A stretch of 64,000 nucleotides of DNA, from positions 224,001 through 288,000 of the forward strand of contig JBIJDH010000006.1 of the NCBI GenBank assembly GCA_044344255.1. The letters run 5' to 3'. A model generated the notes under the pieces. The model saw only the letters and a program-made list of their open reading frames with translations. It searched no databases and was not told the origin of the DNA. This stretch comes from Myxococcota bacterium. GTDB taxonomy: Bacteria; Myxococcota_A; UBA796; UBA2385. This document shows positions 48,697 through 57,610 of this stretch, in pieces. The position numbers were made by a program, and so were the translations under genes. Within the stretch, counting starts at the first letter, position 1; each line of letters begins with the position of its first letter.

Positions 48697-50625
48697 ATGG
48701 GCTTCCTCGACTGGTTTCGACCGCGCTGGCGCAACAGCGATCCCGACATCCGCCGCGCCGCCGTCGCCGCCCTCGGGGAGGCCGATCAGAAGGCCCTCGC
48801 GCGCGTCGCGCGGGAGGACAGCCTCGGGGACGTGCGGGCCCTGGCCCTGGAGCGCCTCGATGACGTCGAGCTCCTCCAGGAGCGGCTGCAGGTCGATGAG
48901 AGCGAGGTGGCGCAGCGGGCGGCCCGCACCCGGCTCGAGTCCTTCGGCCTGCTGCCGCCCTCCGCGAAGGGCGGCCCTGCGAAGAAGCCGGCGCCCACCT
49001 CCCCGACCTCGGCCAAGGCGGCCTCGCCGAAGGTCGAACCCCGGTCGGTGCGGTCGGCGGGGGATCCCAAGGTCAAGAAGGCCGAGCGGCCGGTGAACAA
49101 GAAGGCCGAGCGGCCGGTGAAGGCCGAGCGGCCGGCGGAGGCCGAGCGGTCGGCGAAGTCGGCGAAGTCGGCGAAGTCAGCGAAGTCAGCGAAGAACGCG
49201 GTGAAGACCGCGCCCCCCGCGGTGAAGCGTGCGGAGGTGCTCTCGGCCGCGGAGGCGGATCGCCGCTACGGCGCGTTGATGGCGGAGCACGCCCGCGCCG
49301 CCGAGGCCCCCCTCGTGCCCGTCGTGGCGCCGCGGATCATCCCTGCGGACGCCCCACCGGGCCTCCTCTCGCTGGCGGCCGCGCTGGCGCCGGCCGTGGC
49401 TCCGCGGTCCACCGAGGAGCCGCCTCCGGAAGCGGAGCCCGCGCAGGTCGCGCCGCAGACCCTCGCCCGCGGGCCCGCGAGCCGCCCGGAAGACCTCCCC
49501 GGCGGCGTGCTGCCGACGCCGCCCACCTGGGACTGGGGAGAGGCCCTGGAGCCGGCCCCGGAGGCGCCGGAGCTCAGCCCGCGCGAGCGCCTCGCCGCGG
49601 CCCGCAAGGAGCGGTCGGACATCGAGCGGGCCACCCGCGACTGGGCGGTCCTCCCTCGCTTCGAGGCCCTGCTCAGCCGCATCGACGGGCTGCTCGCCGA
49701 GCCCGAGCTGCACCCCGAGCGCCTGCGCGACGCCAAGCGCGGCCTGATCGAGCAGTGGCGCGGCCTGGGCCCCCTTCCGGTCGCCGAGGCCCCCCGCCTC
49801 GAGGCCGCCCTCCAGGCCCGCCTTGACGCCGTCGCGGCGCGGCTGCGGATGATCGCCGTGGCCCGCGACGAGGCGCTCCAGGGCAACGTCACGGCGCGGC
49901 GGGCGCTGATCGAGGCCCTCCGGGCCCTGACGCCGGAGGGCGCCCGCGATGGCCTGCCGCCCCTCCTCGACGCCTGGCGCTCGGCGGGCTCCGTGCCGAA
50001 GGCCGACATGGAGCCCCTCCAGCAGGCATGGCGCGCCGCGCTGGACGCCCTCCACGGCCAGCGACAGGCCGGCCGGCAAGCGATCCAGGAGCAACGTGCG
50101 GCCGAGCTCGAGCGCCTCCGCCGCCTGACCGAGCAGGCGGAGTCCTTGACCCGCGCTCAAGACGTCGAGGCGGCCGTGAACGGCGCCAAGACCCTGCAGG
50201 CGATGTGGAGAGAGGTGCGGGGAGCTGGCCCGCAGGAGGCCAAGGACGCCCTGTGGGCTCGCTTCCGCGCCGCCTGTGACACCATCTTCGCCCGGAGGAG
50301 CGAGCGCCGAGAGGCGAACCGCCAGCAGGTCCTCACGCGGAAGCAGGCGGTGGTCGACAAGGCGCGCGCCCTCGCCGAGGAGGGGGTGGTCGACGCCGAC
50401 ACCGTGATCCACGGGCTGATGACCGAGTGGCGAAAGCTCGGCCCCCTCTCTGGAGACCAGGGGGACGCCCTCTGGAATGACCTCCGCGCGGCCTGCGATC
50501 GGCTGCGGCGGCCGCTCTACGAGGAGGCCCCCACCGAGGAGCTGTCGCTCGTCTTCCAGCCCTTCGCCACCCTCGAGGCGCCGCTCCAGCTCGGCCCCGC
50601 GGGCAAGCGGGACGAAGCCCCTTGA
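48697..50625 (+). CDS. DUF349-repeat protein with low-complexity Lys/Ala/Pro linker
   Basis: FRPRWRNSDPDIRRAAV start; repeated W(R/K)xxG..LWARFRAACD motifs; KAERP and SAK tandem repeats near 49075-49195. Confidence 0.78.
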   Translation: MGFLDWFRPRWRNSDPDIRRAAVAALGEADQKALARVAREDSLGDVRALALERLDDVELLQERLQVDESEVAQRAARTRLESFGLLPPSAKGGPAKKPAPTSPTSAKAASPKVEPRSVRSAGDPKVKKAERPVNKKAERPVKAERPAEAERSAKSAKSAKSAKSAKNAVKTAPPAVKRAEVLSAAEADRRYGALMAEHARAAEAPLVPVVAPRIIPADAPPGLLSLAAALAPAVAPRSTEEPPPEAEPAQVAPQTLARGPASRPEDLPGGVLPTPPTWDWGEALEPAPEAPELSPRERLAAARKERSDIERATRDWAVLPRFEALLSRIDGLLAEPELHPERLRDAKRGLIEQWRGLGPLPVAEAPRLEAALQARLDAVAARLRMIAVARDEALQGNVTARRALIEALRALTPEGARDGLPPLLDAWRSAGSVPKADMEPLQQAWRAALDALHGQRQAGRQAIQEQRAAELERLRRLTEQAESLTRAQDVEAAVNGAKTLQAMWREVRGAGPQEAKDALWARFRAACDTIFARRSERREANRQQVLTRKQAVVDKARALAEEGVVDADTVIHGLMTEWRKLGPLSGDQGDALWNDLRAACDRLRRPLYEEAPTEELSLVFQPFATLEAPLQLGPAGKRDEAP

Positions 50626-51098
50626 TCATCTTCGGCTTTCGCCACTTTGGGAAGGTCGATGAGATCGAGGGCCTGGGCCATGTGCGCACCCGCTTCTTCC
50701 ACATCTGGTTCATCCCCCTCATCCCCTTTGGGAGCGTCTTCGTGCTCGGAGAGGAGGGCGGCCAGCTCCAAGGGATGGGCATCCCGATGTCGGGCAAGAG
50801 CGTGCTCGCCGCGTACGTGCGCTGCGGGCTCTTCTTCGCCCTGCTCGGCCTCGTGGCGCTCACCGTCTTTGGCGGCCTGGGGCTCGTGTCGGCTGTGCCG
50901 GCCCTGATGCACAAGGCGGGTAACAAGCAGCTCACCGCCCTCCTCCTCAGCGTGGCCTCGGGGGGCGGTGGCTGCCTCGGCGCCTGCGCCTCGGTGGTGG
51001 CCTGGTGGGGCTTCAACAAGCTCGTCGGCCGCGCCTCGCTGGAGCGGCGAGCCACGTTGTTGCGCCTCACGGGTCTGCGCGGCGCCTCACCGGGCTGA
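50622..51098 (+). CDS. Hypothetical membrane protein
   Basis: IIFGFRHFGKVD..TRFFHIWFIPLIP and two hydrophobic segments; overlaps the upstream stop. Confidence 0.7.
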   Translation: MIIFGFRHFGKVDEIEGLGHVRTRFFHIWFIPLIPFGSVFVLGEEGGQLQGMGIPMSGKSVLAAYVRCGLFFALLGLVALTVFGGLGLVSAVPALMHKAGNKQLTALLLSVASGGGGCLGACASVVAWWGFNKLVGRASLERRATLLRLTGLRGASPG

Positions 51099-51137
51099 CA
51101 GCGGCCCGGCGGCGGCGTCGTTGCCGACTGGACCGGA

Positions 51138-51902
51138 CTACTGGATCTGGCGGAAGTTGGGCTTCCGCTTCTCGAAGAAGGAGATGAAGGCCTCCATCGC
51201 CTCCGGAGAGCTGAGGCGCTCGAAGAACTCGGCGCCCTCGGCGCGCATGGCAGCCTCCAGGGCGGCCCGCTGGGGGGCCTTGATCAGGCGCTTGGTGGCG
51301 ATGAGGCTGCCGAGCGGCTGGTCGGCGAGGCGGTTGGCCGCCGCGGCGAGCGTGGCCGGGAGCTCGGCGGGGGAGACTACGGCGTTGATGAGGCCGAGCT
51401 CGAGCGCCTTCGCGGCCCCGAAGTCGCCGCCGAGCAGCAGGAGCTCGCTCGCCCGCACGTGGCCGCAAATGAGGGGCAGGAGGAAGGAGGAGCCCGCCTC
51501 GGGCACGAGGCCGAGGTTGACGAAGGGCAGGCGCATGCGGGCCGTGTCGGCGGCGTAGACGAGGTCACAGTGGAGCAGCATCGTGACGCCGATGCCCACC
51601 GCGGGGCCCTCGACTGCGGCCAGCAGAGGCTTCTCGAAGCGCACGAGGCGGTCGAGGAAGTCGATCACCGGGCCGCCCTCGGGGGTGGGTGGGTTGGCCT
51701 GGAAGTCCGCGAGGTCATTGCCGCTCGTGAAGACCCCGCCGGCGCCCGTGATCGTGACCACTCGCACGGCGGGATCGGCCGTGGCCTGATCGAGGCCGGC
51801 GACGAGGGCGCGGTACATCGCGAGGTCGAGCGCGTTCTTCCGCTGGGGGCGGTCGATGACGAGGGAGAGGATGCCGTCTTCGAGGGAGCTGCGGATCGAC
51901 AT
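51138..51902 (-). CDS. Enoyl-CoA hydratase/isomerase
   Basis: RKNAL, FTSGNDL, AVEGPAVGIG, PFVNLGLVPEAGSS, FFEKRKP. Confidence 0.94.
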   Translation of the reverse strand: MSIRSSLEDGILSLVIDRPQRKNALDLAMYRALVAGLDQATADPAVRVVTITGAGGVFTSGNDLADFQANPPTPEGGPVIDFLDRLVRFEKPLLAAVEGPAVGIGVTMLLHCDLVYAADTARMRLPFVNLGLVPEAGSSFLLPLICGHVRASELLLLGGDFGAAKALELGLINAVVSPAELPATLAAAANRLADQPLGSLIATKRLIKAPQRAALEAAMRAEGAEFFERLSSPEAMEAFISFFEKRKPNFRQIQ

Positions 51903-51999
51903 GAGGGCCCGGGGGAGGGAGGGGCCGAATGCCTAGCCGGAGGGCGGTGGACCGTCCAGGCGGCCGACGCGCTGCCCGAGCCTGGGCGGGCCGCGAGGG

Positions 52000-52194
52000 T
52001 CACTCGCCGAGCTGCAGCCGGACGGGCGAGACCCGCTCCGTGGGGGCCTCCGCCATCTGCTCATCGGACTCCGCCCGCGGCGCGCGGATCATGCGCTCGG
52101 CTGCCAATACGAGCTCCCCTGGGCGGGCGGCGGGGCGCGCCTCTTCACGGGTTCGGGGAGAGAAGAGGCGAAGGTTGGTGGGGTGGCGGGACAT
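52000..52194 (-). CDS. Possible small hypothetical protein (64 aa)
   Basis: ATG preceded by GGAGA; lies in an otherwise empty gap; no family recognised. Confidence 0.35.
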   Translation of the reverse strand: MSRHPTNLRLFSPRTREEARPAARPGELVLAAERMIRAPRAESDEQMAEAPTERVSPVRLQLGE

Positions 52195-52367
52195 GGGGGT
52201 CTCCAAAGGGGACCGGACGGTGAGTCGCCGGTCCACCCTCCTGTAGACCCTCGGCGTCGCGGGAGGAAATTTCTCCGCCTTTCGGTTGGCCGCCAGATGG
52301 CTGGCCCCAAACGCCGAGCGGCGGCGGAGGGCGCTCGCCCCCGCCGCCGCTCCTCTGCCGTTCGGGT

Positions 52368-54974
52368 CTACTTCAGGCCGTCAATGCGCCGACGGAGGGC
52401 CTTGTGCTCCTCCTTCATCCCCGCCGCGTCGGCGGCGCGCAGCGCCGTCTCGAGGTGGGAGCGGGCGCCGGACTTGTTGCCCCGCGCCTCGTCGTAGCCG
52501 GCCAGCACCTGGGCGCCGACGAAGACCTTCTGCCAGTCCTTGGCGGCGTTCGCGGGGCCCATCATGGTCTTGAAGGCCTCTTCGGCCTGGGTCTTCTCGC
52601 CGATCTGGTCGAGGGCGCGGCCGAGGTTGAACAGCAGCTCCTTCTGGAAGGCGCCGTCGGTGGCGTCCGCACCCTGGCGGGCCTGACGGAAGAGGCTGAC
52701 GGCCTCGGTGGCCCGCCCCATCGCCAGGTGGAAGAAGCCGAGGTTGTAGATGTCGACCGCGATCAAGCGCTCGAACTTCAGCTCCTTCGTGAGCTGGAGG
52801 GTGCGGTTGGCCGCGGTGATCGCCGCCTCGTAGTTCTTGAGGTTCGCGTGCGACTGCGCGAGCAGCGCCGAGGCCGACCGCTCACGGGCCGGGTTCTTTA
52901 GCTGCTGGGCGATGCGGGACACCTGCCCGAGCACGTCGGCGGCCTTGGCGGCGTCACCGCTGACGAGGAGCGTCTCGCCGAGGGCGAGGCCCGCCTCGAG
53001 CGCGAGGGGGCCGAGGTTCGACCGGCCGGCGATCTCGTTGGCCTGACGGAAGTGGTCGATCGCCGCCTTGACCTGCGATTTGTCGCGGCGCATGGCGAGG
53101 CCGCGTACGAACTCGGCGTGGGCCTGGACATCCGGCTGGGCGGCCAGCTCTTCGGCCTGCTTGACCTGATCGAGGGCGGCGTTGGGGTTGCCGTCCTGGA
53201 GCTCCACCATCGCGAGGTGGCTGCGGACATGGGCCTCCTGGACCTTGTTCCCGAGCCCGTGGTAGACGCGGATGGCGTCGTTGGCGCGGTCGCGGGCCCG
53301 GTAGACGTCCTGGCGGCGCAGATCGAGGCGGCTGCCTGCGAAGAGCAGCCAGGCCTCCATGTTGCGGTCCTCCTTCGAGTTGGCCCAGGCGAGGGCCTCG
53401 GTGTTGAGGCCCTCCGCCTGGTTCACGTCGCCGGCCTGCACCATGCGGTCGAGCAGGTTCATGTAGATCGTGCGGCGCATGGCGTCGGGCCAGCTGACGT
53501 CGACGAAGTACTTGACGAGGTCGTGGGTCATGGCCCAGGTCTGCGGCTGATCATGGCCGAGCGCGCTGCTGCGGAGGAGCGCGGCGCGGTTGAGCGCGCC
53601 GTACTCGGCGAAGATGCGCATGGTCTTGACGAGGTAGGCGTAGCCGCGGGGGGCGAGGAAGCGCTCGAGGAAGAGGCCCACCCGCTGAGCGACGTTGCGG
53701 TCTTCGTCCGAGGTGTGGCGGGCGAGGACGCTCTCGCGGAGCAGCGCTCGGTTGAACTGGTAGATCCAGGTGTTGAGCGGCTGGGAGAACTGCAGCTCCT
53801 TGTAGACGCCCTCGGTGGCGTCGAGGAGGTCGTCGACGCTCTCGCGGTCGAAGCCGGCCATGTCGGCGAGCAGGCCGCTCGGGAAGGACAGGCCGAGGAG
53901 CGCGCCCAGGAAGGCCACCCGCTCGGCGTCTTCGGCGCCCACCTTGCGGCGCTTGGCCTCACCCTCGCCGACCTCGCCGGCCTCGCCGACCTCGTCTTCA
54001 TCGGGGGTGACGTCGGCGAGGGTGCCGAGGCTCCGCTCGGAGAGGTCCGCGTCGAGCTCCTCTTCGGCCACGAGGTGGTCGACGAGCTCGGCGATGAAGC
54101 CCGGCCGGCCGCCGGCGATGCGGGCGATGTCGGCCGCCTTGTCGGTGGAGAGGCCCTTGCTCGAGAGGTAGCGGCCGGCTTCTTCTTCGGCCCAGGGCGT
54201 CATCTCGATGGCGGTGAGGTCGTCCTTGCGGCGATCGAGCATGTCGAGGAGGGGGGCGCTGAACCAGGCCTTGGCGGCGTCGGTGACGGGCTCGATGCCG
54301 AGGATGAGCAGCATCCGCGACCCGGACTGGGCCTTGAGCTCGTCGACGAGGCCCTCGACCATCGCGTGGATGATCAGGGACTGCACGTGGTGCAGGTTCT
54401 GCAGCTCACAGATGATGGGGAACTTGCGCGAGATGGCGGTCGCGATCTCGACGATGCAGGCGAAGGGGTTGTCCTTCGGCAGGATCACCTGGAACTGGTC
54501 TTCCCCCGGCTTGGGGGCGCCCTTCTTCAGGCCCTCGATGAAGGCTTGGTACCAGAGCTGGACCCGCTTCGGCTGGTTGGGGATCTGGGCGTTGAGGGCC
54601 ATCTCCACGCGGCCGCGAAGCATGGGGCTGCGGTGGAGGGCCTGGAGGAGCCCGGCGTAGATGCGGAGGAGGGTCTGAAGGCCGTCCTCTTCGTCGTGCA
54701 GGGCGACACGCCAGAGGAGGGTGTCTTCGTCCTGAGCGAGCGCGCCGCGGCAGAGCTCGCCGACCAGGGCGCGCTTCCCGCTGCCGAGGGCCCCGCTGAG
54801 CAGGATCGAGCGGCCCGCGCCGCCGCGCGCGGCGGACCAGTGACCCTGGAGGACGGCGAGGTCAGCCTCGCGGGCGACGAAGAGCTTGGCCCCGGCGTTG
54901 TCGCCGGCTCCGGTGGGGGATGCAGCCTCGGGGGAGGACTGGTCGGGAGAGGAGGAATTGTTGGGATCGGCCAC
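52368..54974 (-). CDS. STAND/AAA_16-like P-loop protein with C-terminal TPR repeats
   Basis: FVAREADL, LLSGALGSGKR (degenerate Walker A), IAGGRPGFIAEL, AERVAFLGALLGLSF; TPR-like helices in C-terminal half. Confidence 0.78.
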   Translation of the reverse strand: MADPNNSSSPDQSSPEAASPTGAGDNAGAKLFVAREADLAVLQGHWSAARGGAGRSILLSGALGSGKRALVGELCRGALAQDEDTLLWRVALHDEEDGLQTLLRIYAGLLQALHRSPMLRGRVEMALNAQIPNQPKRVQLWYQAFIEGLKKGAPKPGEDQFQVILPKDNPFACIVEIATAISRKFPIICELQNLHHVQSLIIHAMVEGLVDELKAQSGSRMLLILGIEPVTDAAKAWFSAPLLDMLDRRKDDLTAIEMTPWAEEEAGRYLSSKGLSTDKAADIARIAGGRPGFIAELVDHLVAEEELDADLSERSLGTLADVTPDEDEVGEAGEVGEGEAKRRKVGAEDAERVAFLGALLGLSFPSGLLADMAGFDRESVDDLLDATEGVYKELQFSQPLNTWIYQFNRALLRESVLARHTSDEDRNVAQRVGLFLERFLAPRGYAYLVKTMRIFAEYGALNRAALLRSSALGHDQPQTWAMTHDLVKYFVDVSWPDAMRRTIYMNLLDRMVQAGDVNQAEGLNTEALAWANSKEDRNMEAWLLFAGSRLDLRRQDVYRARDRANDAIRVYHGLGNKVQEAHVRSHLAMVELQDGNPNAALDQVKQAEELAAQPDVQAHAEFVRGLAMRRDKSQVKAAIDHFRQANEIAGRSNLGPLALEAGLALGETLLVSGDAAKAADVLGQVSRIAQQLKNPARERSASALLAQSHANLKNYEAAITAANRTLQLTKELKFERLIAVDIYNLGFFHLAMGRATEAVSLFRQARQGADATDGAFQKELLFNLGRALDQIGEKTQAEEAFKTMMGPANAAKDWQKVFVGAQVLAGYDEARGNKSGARSHLETALRAADAAGMKEEHKALRRRIDGLK

Positions 54975-55072
54975 AGGACGCTCCGTCGGTGCGGAAAAGG
55001 CCGGCGAATATAAAGAGGGGGTCGGGGGCCGTCCAGGTCCGGCGAGGCTATACTCGCCGCCCGGAGGTTCCC

Positions 55073-55594
55073 ATGGGGTCCGCTCTGACCCGCCGACGTA
55101 CGAAATCTGCCCCCCTGTTCGCCGCCTCTCTCCTCCTCCCGGGGCTGTTCGCCGCGTGCGGCGGCTCTGAAGAGGAGTCTGCCCCCGACGTCGCCTACGA
55201 GGTCACCGTCACCGGCCTGGAGTCGGACTGCAGCGATCAGGGGTACCAAAAAGACTACACCTACCTGCTGTATTACGACGACGTCTCGACTACGCAGCTC
55301 GAGCTCAAGATCGAGGGTGAAGACGGCAAGCCCGAGAGCTTCGCCAACGGCAACCGAAGCGGCTGCCGGCTCGACTATGAGAGCGCGGTGTACCTCGAAG
55401 ACCGCTCCTCCGGCCTGCTCCGCTGGCAGCTCACGGGCAGCGCGGTCTACGAGGGCCAGGCCGGCGGCTGTGACCTCGATGACGGCGTGGACTGGCTCGG
55501 CGAAGAGACGATCACCGTCGTGGACTCGGAGGACCCCGACGTCCCAGTCGGCTGCACCTACGCGATGGAGGTCCAGGGCTCCTTCCGAGGATGA
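55073..55594 (+). CDS. Acidic hypothetical lipoprotein
   Basis: ATG after GGAGG; lipobox FAAC; four further Cys. Confidence 0.75.
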   Translation: MGSALTRRRTKSAPLFAASLLLPGLFAACGGSEEESAPDVAYEVTVTGLESDCSDQGYQKDYTYLLYYDDVSTTQLELKIEGEDGKPESFANGNRSGCRLDYESAVYLEDRSSGLLRWQLTGSAVYEGQAGGCDLDDGVDWLGEETITVVDSEDPDVPVGCTYAMEVQGSFRG

Positions 55595-55601
55595 CGCGAT
55601 C

Positions 55602-56612
55602 ATGAGCGGGACGACGGCCTCGACGATGGCCCCGACGACGAGCACGGGGACGACGGCATCGGGCGGCCCGCAGGCGCCGGAGCGCGTCTCGGTTGCAGGG
55701 TTGATCGCCCGCGCGCGGGCCACGATCTCCTCCGTGGTGCGCGGCAAGGACTCCGTGGTGGAGCTCTGCCTCGTCGCGGTGGTCGCGGGGGGGCACATCC
55801 TCCTCGAAGACGTGCCCGGGGTCGGCAAGACCACCCTGGCCACGGCGATCGCCACCGCGCTCGGCGGCTCCTTCAACCGCATCCAGTTCACGAGCGATCT
55901 GCTGCCGGGAGACATCCTCGGCGTGAGCGTGCTCGAGAGCGACCGCAGCGGCTTCCGGTTCCGGCCGGGCCCCCTCTTCGCGAACGTCGTCCTGGCCGAC
56001 GAGATCAACCGCGCCACCCCGAAGACGCAGTCGGCCCTGCTCGAGGCGATGAATGAGCGGCGGGTGACGGTGGACGGCTTCTCCCACCCCTTGCCCACGC
56101 CCTTCCTCGTGCTCGCGACGCAGAACCCGCACGACTTCCACGGCACCTTCCCGCTGCCGGACTCCCAGCTCGACCGCTTCCTCCTCCGCCTCTCGATGGG
56201 CTACCCCGACCGGGAGAGCGAGCGGGCGATCCTCCGCAGCGGGGGCCTGCGCTCGGCCCGCTTCGAGGCCGCGCTCAGCCCCGACGAGCTCGATCGAATC
56301 CACGCCGCCGCCGACGAGGTGCTCGTCCACGCGGAGGTGGAGGACTACCTCCTCGAGCTCGTCTCTCGCACCCGCGCGGACGCCCGGCTGATCCGCGGCG
56401 CCTCCACGCGGGGGGCCGAGGCGCTCTACCGTGCCACCCGCGCCCTCGCGCTCGTGCGCGGGCGCCCCTACGTGATCCCCGAGGACGTGCGGGAGCTCGC
56501 GGTCCCCGTCCTGGCCCACCGGGTGCTCCCGCGCGCCGAGGGGGATCGCTCGGGGGAGGGCGCCGCCCTGGCCCTCCAAGAGCTCTTGTGGGAGCTGCCC
56601 GCTCCGGGCTGA
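55602..56612 (+). CDS. MoxR family AAA+ ATPase
   Basis: GHILLEDVPGVGKT, RIQFTSDLLPGD, LADEINRATPKTQSALLEAM, ATQNP, QLDRF. Confidence 0.95.
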   Translation: MSGTTASTMAPTTSTGTTASGGPQAPERVSVAGLIARARATISSVVRGKDSVVELCLVAVVAGGHILLEDVPGVGKTTLATAIATALGGSFNRIQFTSDLLPGDILGVSVLESDRSGFRFRPGPLFANVVLADEINRATPKTQSALLEAMNERRVTVDGFSHPLPTPFLVLATQNPHDFHGTFPLPDSQLDRFLLRLSMGYPDRESERAILRSGGLRSARFEAALSPDELDRIHAAADEVLVHAEVEDYLLELVSRTRADARLIRGASTRGAEALYRATRALALVRGRPYVIPEDVRELAVPVLAHRVLPRAEGDRSGEGAALALQELLWELPAPG

Positions 56613-56660
56613 ACGGGGTCGACGCATGAACGTGGTCGACGCATGAACGTGGTCGATGCT
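56610..56660. repeat. 17-bp tandem repeat x3 between moxR and the DUF58 gene
   Basis: tgaacggggtcgacgca / tgaacgtggtcgacgca / tgaacgtggtcgatgct. Confidence 0.85.
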
Positions 56661-56668
56661 GAGGTCGG

Positions 56669-57610
56669 ATGATCGACTCCCTCCGCCAGCTCCTGGCCCG
56701 AAGCGCCGCGCGGCGTGTCCACGCGCGGCCCACCCGCGAGGGGGTGTGGTTCCTGTTGCTGCTCGGTGGCGTGGTGATCGCCGCCGTAAACACTGGGAAC
56801 AACCTGCTTTACATCATGCTTGGCAGCATGTGCTCGCTGCTCGTGCTCTCGAACCTGCTCGCGGAGTGGAACCTCCGGGGCCTCTCGTTGCAGCGGCGCC
56901 TGCCGGCCGAGGTCTACGCGGGCCAGCCGGCGAGCGGCGCCTTCCGGGTCGAGAACCGGCGCCGCTTCGGGGCGAGCGCCGCGCTCCGGGTCTCCGAGCA
57001 GCTCCCCGACGGCGTCGTCGCCCACGGCCTCTGCCTCCGCGTGAGCCCGGGGGCGGTGGTGGAGGTGCCCGCCCGCTGGACCTTGCCGCGCCGGGGCCCG
57101 GTGCAGCTCGACGCCCTCCGCCTCGCCAGCGCCTGGCCCTTCGGGCTGATGGAGCGCTGGCGTGATCTAAGCGTGCCCGCTGAGCTCCTCGTCTATCCGG
57201 GCCCCCTCCACGGGCAGGCCGCGCGCCGGGCACCCGGGGCCGGGCCCACCCGGGTCGATCGCCGGCGTCGAGGCGGCGAGGGGGAGCTGGTGGGCCTGCG
57301 GCCCTATGTCCCCGGCGATCCGCTCCGGGACCTGCACTGGCCCACCTCGGCCCGCGCCGGCCAGCCGATGGTGGTGGTGCGGAGCGCGGTGGTCGCGGAT
57401 GAAGTGGTGGTCGAGGTCGAAGACGTGCAGGGGCCGCTCTGGGAGCACCAGCTCGGTCGCGCCACTGGCCAGCTCGTGGCCCACTTCCGGCGTGGGCAGT
57501 CGGTGGGCCTCCGCCTGCTGGGCCGCACCCACCCGCCGCGGCCGGGGGACGCCTGGCGGCGGCACCTCCTCGCGCTGCTCGCCCTCGCCCCCCGTCGGGA
57601 GCGGCCTTGA
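56669..57610 (+). CDS. DUF58 family protein
   Basis: AAVNTGNNLLY, SAWPFGL, LLVYP, GLRPYVPGDPLRDLHWPTSAR. Confidence 0.9.
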   Translation: MIDSLRQLLARSAARRVHARPTREGVWFLLLLGGVVIAAVNTGNNLLYIMLGSMCSLLVLSNLLAEWNLRGLSLQRRLPAEVYAGQPASGAFRVENRRRFGASAALRVSEQLPDGVVAHGLCLRVSPGAVVEVPARWTLPRRGPVQLDALRLASAWPFGLMERWRDLSVPAELLVYPGPLHGQAARRAPGAGPTRVDRRRRGGEGELVGLRPYVPGDPLRDLHWPTSARAGQPMVVVRSAVVADEVVVEVEDVQGPLWEHQLGRATGQLVAHFRRGQSVGLRLLGRTHPPRPGDAWRRHLLALLALAPRRERP

